From positions 15,811 to 79,810 of the IMG/VR virus record IMGVR_UViG_3300047388_000107: a DNA stretch of 64,000 nt. One strand, written 5' to 3'. Shown here in pieces: positions 7,834-16,896 of the stretch. The stretch is from a virus. The notes beneath the pieces were generated by a model that saw only the letters and a list, made by a program, of their open reading frames with translations, was not told the origin of the DNA and searched no databases. The position numbers were made by a program, and so were the translations under genes. How positions within the stretch are numbered: the first letter of the stretch is position 1; every line of letters begins with the position of its first letter.

Positions 7834-9851
7834 GGTTGTGCTCCTATTGGTGCTCCTTGCGAAGCTCCTCCATTAACTGGTCTGGGGGCAGGTCCAACAA
7901 TTGGCATACCCACTGGTAGGCTACCGCCTTGCCCTGCTGGATTTGGTCTACCGGGCGGCCCGATAGGAACTCCCCCATTAGCCGGTCCCGGCGTTGGTCC
8001 AAAACCTGCTTGAGGCGGTGCGTTAGGGGGTGTCCCAGCCATTCCGTCGCTTGGTGCTCCAAGACTACTGGCGTCATTGTTCAACTGCTCCATCGTCATC
8101 TCAAGCTGTCTGATTTTCATCTGCATCAAGTCAACATTACCGGGAGCTTGTGCTGCTTGTGACAGTGCCAGTATTGCTTGCGAGAATTGCAATGCTGCGC
8201 TTGCATTTGCCTTGATACGGTTGGTCCGTTCTTTTTCCAAATCCAGCATCATCTGGCTCTTTTCTAGTGGCGATGCTTCCGGTTTTGGCGGGGGTGGTGC
8301 AATCAGCTTGTCTGGATTTGGAAAGCGCATGGTCTGCGCAAAGCGAAGCGCGACTTCATGCGGATTGAATACCATTGGGAATTGCAACATGTCATGATAG
8401 GCTTGCGCCGTGATACCGCGATGCAGTTCCGTCGCCATGTTCGGATCGGCAGTAATCTCGACAGGCGACTTGCCATCAATGCCGGGTGGCAAATGATCCG
8501 TAGCGTCAGCCATGCGGGCAAACGCACGTACCTCTTCCGTCATGCTGCCAATAATACGGCGATGAACCGCGCTGTGCTGTTGCGCGCCGTTGTCGATGAT
8601 ACCCTTGGCCAGCGTAGCAGTCATCGAAGCTGGCGCATTCTCCAGCAAGTTCAGGGTGCCAGCCAGACGGTCACCCATCGTCATCATCTTGTCGAGCGAC
8701 TGAAACATTCCCGGCGTAACTTGCTTGCTGGGAAAAAACGAAATGACGTCGTTGATGGGACGACCGTCCGTATTGATCGACGTCAGACGATTGCCTTTCA
8801 TTTCGATCTTGTCGGGCAGACCGATGCCACCGGTTGCGGCAATGCCGCCGTTCTCGGATGCCAGCTTCGCAGTATCATCAATCGACGCCAGCAACCGGTC
8901 TGCAGTGTGTTCTGTCTTGCTGAGCAGCCAACCGAAACCGCGCGGAAAGAACGTGCCTTTGGCGTCCGGGATCATCTTGTAAGCGTAGTAGCGGCGAACC
9001 GGACGAAAAACTAAAAAGTCTTTGGTACTGACAATTGTTTTCTTGGTCCAGCGTGGAAGGCATTTAACGACGCAAGGTACGTCTCTAAGATTTACAGTGA
9101 CCGTGTATGGCTCTTCGTATTTATCATCGTCCATGTCCAGCCACATATCGATTTCGTAGAAATCATGTAGCTCTTGCGGATCGACATCATCGAAGTTGGG
9201 TTCGTAGTCGATCCAGTGGCCCATTTCGATAGAGCGTTTAATCTCGTAGGGATACTTCTGGATTTTATGAGTAATGCGCGGCACGCGATCCAGCGACTTG
9301 GCGGTGTCGCTGATGATGACTTCGTTGACGTTGAGAAACGAACTGCGAAACTCACCCTCCTGCTCGTCAAACCAGCGCTTGCGCCAGCCCAGACCGGTCA
9401 CACACATATGCAGGATCAAAGGGTCTGTATCGATCACCCAATCAGGATCGACAGTGCGTAGCTGTGAGCAAATCCAGTTGGCTAGAGCTTCGCCACCGGG
9501 TTCTGATGCCTTGACTAAATCCGGTTCTGAAAGCAGTGCGCCGACGATACGGGCGGTCGCTTGAATGCACGATGAGAGTGTCAGCGCCGTGGAAGGTATC
9601 GCGCTGTCTTCGCCACTACCAACCTGTTCGTTGTTCTGAGGCATTGATTGGTTGGCATCCTTGTCGATCTCGTCAAGGTAGCCGTTGGCTTTGCCAAGCC
9701 ATTCCGCCATCGAGTTTTCGTCAAGTTTTACCAGTTCGATAACGTGGTCAGCGAGCGCGTGACATTCACTATCGTCAAGCCGTTCTGCAAGGTTGCCGAT
9801 GTCTTCGGGTGCCTCCAGATCAAGCTTCAATTTAGGACTGTCGAACTGCAT
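7830..9851 (-). CDS. Portal protein (left module)
   Basis: 673 aa; GLGWRK, EPYTVTV, F.RGFG.LL motifs; coiled-coil barrel then a Pro/Gly tail. Confidence 0.85.
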   Translation of the reverse strand: MQFDSPKLKLDLEAPEDIGNLAERLDDSECHALADHVIELVKLDENSMAEWLGKANGYLDEIDKDANQSMPQNNEQVGSGEDSAIPSTALTLSSCIQATARIVGALLSEPDLVKASEPGGEALANWICSQLRTVDPDWVIDTDPLILHMCVTGLGWRKRWFDEQEGEFRSSFLNVNEVIISDTAKSLDRVPRITHKIQKYPYEIKRSIEMGHWIDYEPNFDDVDPQELHDFYEIDMWLDMDDDKYEEPYTVTVNLRDVPCVVKCLPRWTKKTIVSTKDFLVFRPVRRYYAYKMIPDAKGTFFPRGFGWLLSKTEHTADRLLASIDDTAKLASENGGIAATGGIGLPDKIEMKGNRLTSINTDGRPINDVISFFPSKQVTPGMFQSLDKMMTMGDRLAGTLNLLENAPASMTATLAKGIIDNGAQQHSAVHRRIIGSMTEEVRAFARMADATDHLPPGIDGKSPVEITADPNMATELHRGITAQAYHDMLQFPMVFNPHEVALRFAQTMRFPNPDKLIAPPPPKPEASPLEKSQMMLDLEKERTNRIKANASAALQFSQAILALSQAAQAPGNVDLMQMKIRQLEMTMEQLNNDASSLGAPSDGMAGTPPNAPPQAGFGPTPGPANGGVPIGPPGRPNPAGQGGSLPVGMPIVGPAPRPVNGGASQGAPIGAQP
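7844..8077 (-). CDS. Small post-portal protein nested in an alternative frame of the portal tail
   Basis: GGAG 10 nt before ATG; ordered helical sequence EWLGHPLT...QGKAVAYQ; its stop abuts the GroES RBS. Confidence 0.65.
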   Translation of the reverse strand: MTPVVLEHQATEWLGHPLTHRLKQVLDQRRDRLMGEFLSGRPVDQIQQGKAVAYQWVCQLLDLPPDQLMEELRKEHQ

Positions 9852-9867
9852 GGCGATCCTTCTGACC

Positions 9868-9880
9868 TAGTGTATACAAT
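9868..9880. promoter_or_regulatory. Putative operator TAGTGTATACAAT in the divergent portal/capsid promoter region
   Basis: Identical 13-mer at 15942-15954; adjacent minus-strand TTGACA. Confidence 0.5.
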
Positions 9881-9965
9881 GTCAAGTACTATTTTACAGA
9901 ACTGCTGAAAATATGGTAGTGGTACCTTACAAGCCCGTTTGGGCTGACCCCCGGAGAACGCCCAA

Positions 9966-10892
9966 ATGCAAGTGATCGACAGGAGTTTGCAGCCCTCACA
10001 GTATTGGCCCGGCCTTCATGCCTTGTTCGGCATGGACTATGAGAGACTGGGTGCAATCTATACCAGCTTCTTCGATCAGAAAACTTCTGAAAAAGCATTC
10101 GAAGAATTCATGACGGAGCGCGCCGGTCTCGGCTTGGCAGTTCAGCAGCCAGAACTTGAACCGGTGCAATTCGATTTTCCCAACGAAGGCTATCGCACGC
10201 AGGTTACGCACGCCAGCTACGGACTTGGTGTTGCGATATCGCGCGAAGCCAAAGACGATAATCTCTATGAGGATGTTGCTTCGCGCATGATGAAAGAGTT
10301 GGCGTACTCTGCGCGGCAGACCGAAGAGTACATCGCGCATGCCCCGCTACAAGTTGCTATTGATAACGTTAACGGCATTCGTGCTGACAACGTACCTCTG
10401 GCTTCTGCTAGCCACCCCACCGCATCTGGTTTGCAGTCAAATCTCTTGGTTTCTGCCAACGTGTCGGAACTAGCATTTGAAAACGCAGTGATCCAGATCG
10501 GCTACACCCGCAATGGTCGCGGCTTTCTCATTAACGTACTTCCGAAGTGCGTCATTCTTTCTCCGGAGAGCGGACCGGAAACCCGTCGCATCTTGGGAAG
10601 CCCGCTGCAATGGAACGCGCAGACCAACAATATCAACGTGCTGCGCGCGACCGGCGCGCTGCCGGAAGTGATCGAGACGCCGTATCTGGTTTCGAAGGAT
10701 GACTACTTCATCCAGACCAGCATTCAAAATCTGGATAACGGCGAGGGTTTTACGTTCTGGGAACGCTCCGGTCTCGAAACTCGCGAAGACAGCAACTGGT
10801 CCAATCAGGCTTCGTTGATTGCGATCTGGTTCCGCTGCTCCGCGTCGATCATCGACTGGCGCTCCACCTACATGTCGCCGGGTGCTACTTGA
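9966..10892 (+). CDS. Major capsid protein (HK97 fold, left module)
   Basis: PGL.ALFG..Y, S.KAFEE, YGLG..IS.EA..DNLY, L.S..HP, IDWR..Y.SPG motifs. Confidence 0.9.
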   Translation: MQVIDRSLQPSQYWPGLHALFGMDYERLGAIYTSFFDQKTSEKAFEEFMTERAGLGLAVQQPELEPVQFDFPNEGYRTQVTHASYGLGVAISREAKDDNLYEDVASRMMKELAYSARQTEEYIAHAPLQVAIDNVNGIRADNVPLASASHPTASGLQSNLLVSANVSELAFENAVIQIGYTRNGRGFLINVLPKCVILSPESGPETRRILGSPLQWNAQTNNINVLRATGALPEVIETPYLVSKDDYFIQTSIQNLDNGEGFTFWERSGLETREDSNWSNQASLIAIWFRCSASIIDWRSTYMSPGAT

Positions 10893-10924
10893 CAGATGTG
10901 GTTCCGGTGTTTTAAAAACACCGA

Positions 10925-11587
10925 ATGAGTAGAAAACCTAAAGTTGAAATGTGCGTTGGAAATACTTTCAACGCACTGACTGCTATCCGGTTCTCGCGCA
11001 TCCGTGAAAGTCGAATACTGTGGCTATTTAGCTGTGAATGTGGCCGTACTAAAGAACTAGAAGCGAGCCGAGTAGCAAACGGAATTACTAAATCATGCGG
11101 CTGTAGAACAGGTAAGCTGCCAAAACCTCCAACAGATGTTACTGGTCAAAAATGGGGTCAGCTAACTGCGTTATCATTCTCACACAGAAGTTCTAGTAAG
11201 AACGCTTTGCAATACTGGACTTTTAAGTGTGATTGTGGAGGTAAAACAACTGAACCCCTCTATAAAGTACGTAATGGCTACGTTGGTAGCTGTGGATGCG
11301 TAGGGAAACGCGGTCTTCGTGAACGTGCGCGAGACTTAAAACGAGCTTATGATCTGTCAAACAATCAGTTAGATGATTTTTTAATTCGTCTTGAAGGTAG
11401 CTGTGAAATATGTGGTAGCAAGTGTGCGCAAAGTAAACGTTTATCTGTAGATCACTGTCACCGTACCAAAACTATTCGCGGAGCTATTTGTCAAAACTGT
11501 AATCGCTTATTGGGTTTAGCAAAAGATAGCTCTTTCTTGTTACGGTCTGCTGCTACCTACTTAGAACGGTACGAACATGCATCATGA
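10925..11587 (+). CDS. Free-standing endonuclease VII-type HNH homing endonuclease
   Basis: Two W..xCxCG...SCGC domains plus CEICG...VDHCH...IRG.IC..CN..LG; AT-richer than its neighbours. Confidence 0.88.
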   Translation: MSRKPKVEMCVGNTFNALTAIRFSRIRESRILWLFSCECGRTKELEASRVANGITKSCGCRTGKLPKPPTDVTGQKWGQLTALSFSHRSSSKNALQYWTFKCDCGGKTTEPLYKVRNGYVGSCGCVGKRGLRERARDLKRAYDLSNNQLDDFLIRLEGSCEICGSKCAQSKRLSVDHCHRTKTIRGAICQNCNRLLGLAKDSSFLLRSAATYLERYEHAS

Positions 11588-12128
11588 TAAACCACGCTTC
11601 CCAAGATTTGAGACGTGGGGATCGTGTTCTCGTTGTGGTTGTCGTGTCCGTTATAGCACTTTGGCCAGAGAACGGCTGACCGGATTGTTGGTCTGTACTA
11701 TAACAAGTGGAAGGCCAGTCAGGCCATGTCTCGATCCGTGGCCGCCAGTCTATGATTTTCAAGTCACGCCGGACCGCTCGATAGAACCCCCGCCAGAGCC
11801 ATTGCCAGCCCGCTGGGGACTGGATGAAATTTTTTCGGTAGCTTTCGGGATCAAAGCGGCTATCCACGATGCAGCACGGCTGCAAGCGCTGATGATCCCG
11901 CCGAATAATAATCGCAGTAGCGCCAGCTTCGTAGATTACCAGAGGGCGCTTAATCAAAATCAGGATCGTGCTACACTGCAATTCATCCGGCCATCCGACT
12001 ATGATGGTACGTTCGTTCCTTCCAACTCAGTACGCACGGTCGAGCCGCCAGATGCAAATGATCAGCTTGAAGAGATAAAGTTTGATGCCGGATGGACGCC
12101 CCCGTGGACGGTCGTTAAAGGTGTCTGA
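11577..12128 (+). CDS. Conserved Cys-motif phage protein
   Basis: CSRCG...L..E..TGLLVC...C.DP pattern seen in capsid clusters. Confidence 0.6.
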   Translation: MHHDKPRFPRFETWGSCSRCGCRVRYSTLARERLTGLLVCTITSGRPVRPCLDPWPPVYDFQVTPDRSIEPPPEPLPARWGLDEIFSVAFGIKAAIHDAARLQALMIPPNNNRSSASFVDYQRALNQNQDRATLQFIRPSDYDGTFVPSNSVRTVEPPDANDQLEEIKFDAGWTPPWTVVKGV

Positions 12129-12346
12129 TGACATGGACCAACAGCGATGCACTACACCGTCATGCCTGCCATGCCTACGACGATTTCCGCGCACTTCGGA
12201 GGAAGCTGGGTGGTGATGGTGCGCTCTGGCACAGCCTCTCGCACCATCTGCGTCACGCCGTTTTTCGCTCAAGCCATGAGGTGGACGACCGCCGGGTACG
12301 GATCAAAACTGTGCGCCGTTCCCATGTAGGGGATCAGCACAAATGA
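12128..12346 (+). CDS. Small His/Arg-rich hypothetical protein
   Basis: Start and stop overlap both neighbouring genes. Confidence 0.45.
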   Translation: MTWTNSDALHRHACHAYDDFRALRRKLGGDGALWHSLSHHLRHAVFRSSHEVDDRRVRIKTVRRSHVGDQHK

Positions 12347-13026
12347 CCACCGCAGCCGCCGTCATCGAAAATGCATTGCACTTGTACGGCATACTCGATC
12401 AAACCGAGCATGCAGACCCTGTGGACATCGCCAACAACGTCATCGTGCTGAATGACATGCTTCGCAGCGAACATGTTGACGGTGCTGCGCAGTATCTGAT
12501 GGCACGAACCGTTGCAACGGTCCCTAACGGCAACACAGGTTCGATATATACGTTCGTGGTTGGTACTGCAAAACCTGAATATACTGTTCAAGTTGACGCG
12601 GTAGCGCTGCGAGCCATCTGGTGCAACGATATCAGCCCTACCGTCAATCGCGAAACACGGCAAGCACCAATGGCTGACGTGGTACGCACGACACACCCCG
12701 GCATTATTACTAAGTGGCATCAAGAACGTCAGATCGACGGGTCCGTTCTCGTTACAGCATGGCAGCCACCACGTACCAGCACCCGTTGTCTGATCGAATA
12801 TGGCGGACGCATCAATGCGCTTACCGCAGAAGACGGCAGCGATACCGTCAACCTGCCGCCAGAAGGCATTCATGATATAACATTGATGCTGGGCAGGCGT
12901 ATCTTCGGCACTTACGGACGTGGCGCGCAAGCGATCAGCGCGATACTTGCCGACAGTGAAACAGTAGATAAACGCTGGAAAGATTGGGCTCGTGGTCAAC
13001 AATGGTTGCGTTTTGTCCGGAGTTGA
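12343..13026 (+). CDS. Head-tail adaptor (P22 gp4-like)
   Basis: N-terminal TA..VI..AL...GI...D......LNDML; position before the gp10-like gene. Confidence 0.75.
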   Translation: MTTAAAVIENALHLYGILDQTEHADPVDIANNVIVLNDMLRSEHVDGAAQYLMARTVATVPNGNTGSIYTFVVGTAKPEYTVQVDAVALRAIWCNDISPTVNRETRQAPMADVVRTTHPGIITKWHQERQIDGSVLVTAWQPPRTSTRCLIEYGGRINALTAEDGSDTVNLPPEGIHDITLMLGRRIFGTYGRGAQAISAILADSETVDKRWKDWARGQQWLRFVRS

Positions 13027-13027
13027 G

Positions 13028-14515
13028 ATGCCAGCACTCGACATATTCGGTTCTTTCGCAGACCCGCTTAAGCAAGATCAGGGTGCAGCAAAGCTGTTGA
13101 ACTGCCGGGTTATCGTTCGCAGGCAAGAAGAACAGAAGCTGGCAAAGACCCGTCTTGTTGGTTCTCCCGGCTTGACACAAATCAGCCATCCGACAACATC
13201 CCCATGCATTGTATTGTGCCATGCAGTCAACACGATCTGGTCCGGTCATGAAGATGGCAGCATTTACAGCGGCGTCGAAACCAACGCTCCGGTTCACCAA
13301 GGTTCTGTAGCGGTAGGCAACCCTCCAATTATTCGAATGGCAGAAGACCGCACTTGTCTGGCGATTGCTTCAAACAGCCCTCAGACCAACAATCGTGGCG
13401 GTTCGGGATACACGGCTAGCATTGTGGCTCGTGCTGCCGTTCCGGCCCCACCCGGTGGCTTATCTACTCCTGCTTATCCTCCCGGCGTAAGCTTTGCCGA
13501 TTTTCAAACATCTATTAATTTCGATCCTTCTTCGGTCTGCGTGCTGGATAACTACACGGTGTGGGCTGGCGCGTCCAACAGCTACGCCAATCAATCTGAC
13601 AAGATGTTTTCGTCTTATGCGCTAACACCGGGTGTCGTTGACGCCAATGCGTGGGCGACAGCTGAAGCCAGAGCAGATAGCGTACTGGATGTAGTAACAC
13701 TTGGTCGCATGTTCTGGCCGTTTGGTACCCGGTCTGTCGAGATGTGGTACGACCCCGGAGGGCAGGTTGATTTCAAGTTTACCAACTTCACCAATTCGCT
13801 GGTTGAAGTTGGACTGGCAGCGCGTCGCACGCTGGCTAGCATGCATGGCAAAGCTCTGTGGGTCGGAACGGACCGCCGTGTATGGATGGGCGCAGGACAA
13901 AGCGCCCAGCCGGTATCGCCAAGTTGGGTCGATCTGCTGCTGCAGCAAATCGATCTTACCAATCTAACCAGCTATATGTACGCGCAAGGTGGTGACGAAT
14001 TTTACATGTTGACCTTGGAAGGTGAGTGGTCAATCGAGATGGCTGTATCGACAATGACATGGGTTTATCGGCAAACTTCAGGTCGCGCGGACCATGCCAG
14101 TCGATGCGCAGTGGAGCATGATGGTGGCATCTGCTACGTCGGTCTTGATACCGGTGAAATCTGTACACTGGACATGTCCACTGCCAGCGAACCAGCGGGA
14201 CAGTTACAGAGAACCATAACAACCATGTGGGTTGGTCTTCAGGAAGCGCGGAATGTCATCAACCAGATCGACGTTACCAGCTACATGGGACCGGATGCTG
14301 GCACATTCACATTGGATTGGTCTGAAGATCGTCAGATAACTTGGAAAGGACGTCGCGAGATCACGTGGCCTGAGCCCGGCACCCGGCGTGCGATTGCCAG
14401 AGCAATGGGCACTTCACGCCGCAGGCAAGTGAGGCTGAACTACCAAGGTTCACAAGCACCGTTCGAGATGGATGAGTTTTTCGTAGTGGTGAGCGAAGAA
14501 GGTCAGATAGCCTGA
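13028..14515 (+). CDS. Tail hub/DNA stabilisation protein (P22 gp10-like)
   Basis: ATAE..AD, FG..SVE.W, VE.G.AA, L.WS.D...TW motifs. Confidence 0.85.
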   Translation: MPALDIFGSFADPLKQDQGAAKLLNCRVIVRRQEEQKLAKTRLVGSPGLTQISHPTTSPCIVLCHAVNTIWSGHEDGSIYSGVETNAPVHQGSVAVGNPPIIRMAEDRTCLAIASNSPQTNNRGGSGYTASIVARAAVPAPPGGLSTPAYPPGVSFADFQTSINFDPSSVCVLDNYTVWAGASNSYANQSDKMFSSYALTPGVVDANAWATAEARADSVLDVVTLGRMFWPFGTRSVEMWYDPGGQVDFKFTNFTNSLVEVGLAARRTLASMHGKALWVGTDRRVWMGAGQSAQPVSPSWVDLLLQQIDLTNLTSYMYAQGGDEFYMLTLEGEWSIEMAVSTMTWVYRQTSGRADHASRCAVEHDGGICYVGLDTGEICTLDMSTASEPAGQLQRTITTMWVGLQEARNVINQIDVTSYMGPDAGTFTLDWSEDRQITWKGRREITWPEPGTRRAIARAMGTSRRRQVRLNYQGSQAPFEMDEFFVVVSEEGQIA

Positions 14516-14910
14516 TGATAGTCTTTCCGCCGCCACCGCCTATTGCCGAGAACGATCCAATATTCAACCGGTGGCTTCATGACATGTTTCAGTACATTTC
14601 GGTTAATATTGGCGGCATCGCCAAGAATGCACAGGACATCGCCATCAATGCAGCGAACATCGCTGCCAATACTTCCAACATCGCAGCGAACGCAGCTAAC
14701 ATCGCAACGAACACCACCAACATCGCCACCAATACGTCAGCTATCGCAACTCATAGTGGCCAAATTGCTGCGTTGTCTGCGCGCTCGCAAGTCTTTTACG
14801 GGACCGCTGCTCCTGCTGCGGGACTTGGTGTCAACGGTGACTGGTACTCCGACACAGCAGCCAAACACATCTACGTCAAGTCAGGCGGGGCGTGGACGCT
14901 AATTGTTTAA
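14515..14910 (+). CDS. Tail needle (P22 gp26-like trimeric coiled coil)
   Basis: Seven IAxNxxN-type heptads; follows the gp10-like gene. Confidence 0.7.
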   Translation: MIVFPPPPPIAENDPIFNRWLHDMFQYISVNIGGIAKNAQDIAINAANIAANTSNIAANAANIATNTTNIATNTSAIATHSGQIAALSARSQVFYGTAAPAAGLGVNGDWYSDTAAKHIYVKSGGAWTLIV

Positions 14911-15274
14911 GCGACCACGGCCAGACATAAGTGTTAACGATGTTCTGAAATTCGATCAACGACCGGGCCACTTCATAAAAATTGCCGCAAGCTTCCCATT
15001 GCTTTTGAAAACGCTTCTGTGCATCCGACTGTCTGCCGCCTTCGTCTTTCATTTCAATGGCAATATTGCGACCGGGAGTGAACATCAGAAAGTCCGCCAC
15101 GCCGGGCACGACGCCCATGCGCTTCAGCTTCATTGCGACAACAACATCGCGAGGCTCGCCGCTGGGAACGTGGAAGATCAGCAAGTCCGGATAAGTTTTC
15201 TTTACCCATTGCCACGCTCTCATATGCACTTCCTTTTCTGAAATTTTTCGTGGTTTCTCTACTGCCACGGCCAT
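14876..15274 (-). CDS. VRR-NUC domain nuclease
   Basis: FHVP.G...KLKRMGV.PGV.D...IEMK...GRQS..QK. Confidence 0.85.
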   Translation of the reverse strand: MAVAVEKPRKISEKEVHMRAWQWVKKTYPDLLIFHVPSGEPRDVVVAMKLKRMGVVPGVADFLMFTPGRNIAIEMKDEGGRQSDAQKRFQKQWEACGNFYEVARSLIEFQNIVNTYVWPWSLKQLASTPRLT

Positions 15275-15693
15275 GCTTTTTTTGCTAGCCCTTGGCGTGC
15301 TAGCTGGTTTGTGTGTGTGGGCCACTCGTGTTTTGCGATGTTCCACCATGTTGATACTATCTCTACATTCCCTTTAATGTATCCAAGACCGGGTGTGATT
15401 TGGTCGATGGACGGTGACCACGGATTTTTACGCAAACCTTTTGGTGGCGGTCCAAAGTCAAACGGCACGTTAGTATATGGACAACTACCTGAAAGAAACG
15501 GAGTGATATCGCTTTCATCTATTTCAAATCGTAGTTGATATCTTTTTGCTCTACTTCTAGCGCTGTACAGCATGGATTTAGCGCGCCCTTGTAGAGTACC
15601 GTAGTATGCGCGTAATCTTTCTTTGCTGTAGTGAGGGTTCCTAGCTCTCCATGCTTTTTGAGCTTCAGAGTAGTACCTACTTTGATAGTTCAT
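15259..15693 (-). CDS. HNH-like homing endonuclease
   Basis: A..RAK, CPY, SPSID.I.P..GY.KGNV..V....N.AK; AT-rich. Confidence 0.8.
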   Translation of the reverse strand: MNYQSRYYSEAQKAWRARNPHYSKERLRAYYGTLQGRAKSMLYSARSRAKRYQLRFEIDESDITPFLSGSCPYTNVPFDFGPPPKGLRKNPWSPSIDQITPGLGYIKGNVEIVSTWWNIAKHEWPTHTNQLARQGLAKKAWPWQ

Positions 15694-15703
15694 TAGCTTC
15701 TTC

Positions 15704-15910
15704 TCAGAAATTTGGAGGGAACAACCCTTGAGATATGGCTTCTTTCTCGCGAGCTTTGATCCACGCTTCAACGGCGTTTTTAACGCCCTCAGCACGGTCC
15801 TCAACGGCGTCGTGATTTCTTATCAACCAGTCAAATCTCGCGGCCATGATCGGACTGATCCTGCCAGAGACGACAACGGTTTGGTTGCCTCTGATCCTAT
15901 GTTTGGTCAT
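15704..15910 (-). CDS. Ribbon-helix-helix DNA-binding protein
   Basis: Beta-strand VVVSGRI followed by two helices (DRAEGVKNAVEAWI). Confidence 0.55.
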   Translation of the reverse strand: MTKHRIRGNQTVVVSGRISPIMAARFDWLIRNHDAVEDRAEGVKNAVEAWIKAREKEAISQGLFPPNF

Positions 15911-15941
15911 GGGGGATGTCTTCTGCTATGATCTTCCAAGA

Positions 15942-15954
15942 TAGTGTATACAAT
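15942..15954. promoter_or_regulatory. Putative operator TAGTGTATACAAT (second copy)
   Basis: Lies between the divergent RHH and ejection genes; identical to 9868-9880. Confidence 0.5.
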
Positions 15955-15968
15955 ACGGGAAGTCAATC

Positions 15969-16661
15969 ATGGCAGACAGTATTGGCGCTGGCATCAGTAC
16001 CGCAATTGGTTCTGGCCTAGGCTCGTTGTTCGGCGGGCTTTCCAGTCTTGCTTCAACACAAGCTGGCATCAGCGCTGTCGGTCAGCTGACGGATACCGGT
16101 GCGGCTCAGATCGCGCCGTACAATTTCACCGGAGCAAATTATCTTGCACCGATAGGTTCGGAATTGTTGGGTAGCGCACCGGGCTCCAGTCAGATTGGAC
16201 AGGGACGTATCGATCAAGCTGGCAATCCGCTCGACTTCGAAGACTTCGCCAAGAATTACAATACCAGTGAAGGCGCGCAGTACTTGATGAACACCGCCGC
16301 ACAGGCGCAGGACAGCACGGCTGCGGCCAAAGGCGGTCTTCTGTCAGGTGCTAATCTGCGCGCTCAAACCGGTATCACGGAAGGCATCGCCAATCAGGAT
16401 TTGAATGCGCAATACGAAGCCATGCTGAAAGGTCAACAGCAAGACTTTCAGCAACGCGAGACGAGCTATCAGAACCTCTACGGACAAGAAGCAATGGGTC
16501 TGCAGGCTGGCATCGCTGAAGCAGGCACCTACGCTCAAGGTGCTCGCGCGATTGGTAGTCTGTACTCTTCTCAAGCTCAAGCTGCCGGTCAAGCTGGCAC
16601 TGGATTTGGCCAAGCGCTAGGCAGTCTGTTTGGTGCTATCGGCAGTAAAATATTTGGCTAG
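15969..16661 (+). CDS. DNA transfer/ejection protein
   Basis: Gly/Ala/Gln-rich; AAAKGGLLSGA.L motif of podoviral pilot proteins. Confidence 0.75.
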   Translation: MADSIGAGISTAIGSGLGSLFGGLSSLASTQAGISAVGQLTDTGAAQIAPYNFTGANYLAPIGSELLGSAPGSSQIGQGRIDQAGNPLDFEDFAKNYNTSEGAQYLMNTAAQAQDSTAAAKGGLLSGANLRAQTGITEGIANQDLNAQYEAMLKGQQQDFQQRETSYQNLYGQEAMGLQAGIAEAGTYAQGARAIGSLYSSQAQAAGQAGTGFGQALGSLFGAIGSKIFG

Positions 16662-16885
16662 ATGCGCCGTTTTTTCAATTCTTTTTCCACTGCCAATCGC
16701 ATGAAGTCACCTTGGTATTCACCTTGGTAGAGAGCTTGATTGACACGCTTCAAAAAACCTTTGGGCATACGCACAATCGTTTTGTCTGGATACATGAGCG
16801 GACGCCCGTTGGGGCGTTTTACAACTTTTTTTCTTCTCTTGATCGACTTGGCAGGCTTGGTGTCAGTGTTAATCCAGTTTTCCAT
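16658..16885 (-). CDS. RHH regulator with N-terminal GRP (AT-hook-like) motif
   Basis: GRP..Y...IVRMP...DFMRLAVEKEL; homologue at 38440-38625. Confidence 0.65.
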   Translation of the reverse strand: MENWINTDTKPAKSIKRRKKVVKRPNGRPLMYPDKTIVRMPKGFLKRVNQALYQGEYQGDFMRLAVEKELKKRRI

Positions 16886-16896
16886 TTCTTACTTCC

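Noticed and set aside
10925-11587. Group I intron or intein around the HNH gene
   Set aside because: The capsid gene ends with its normal C-terminal motif and the next gene looks intact, so the endonuclease appears free-standing
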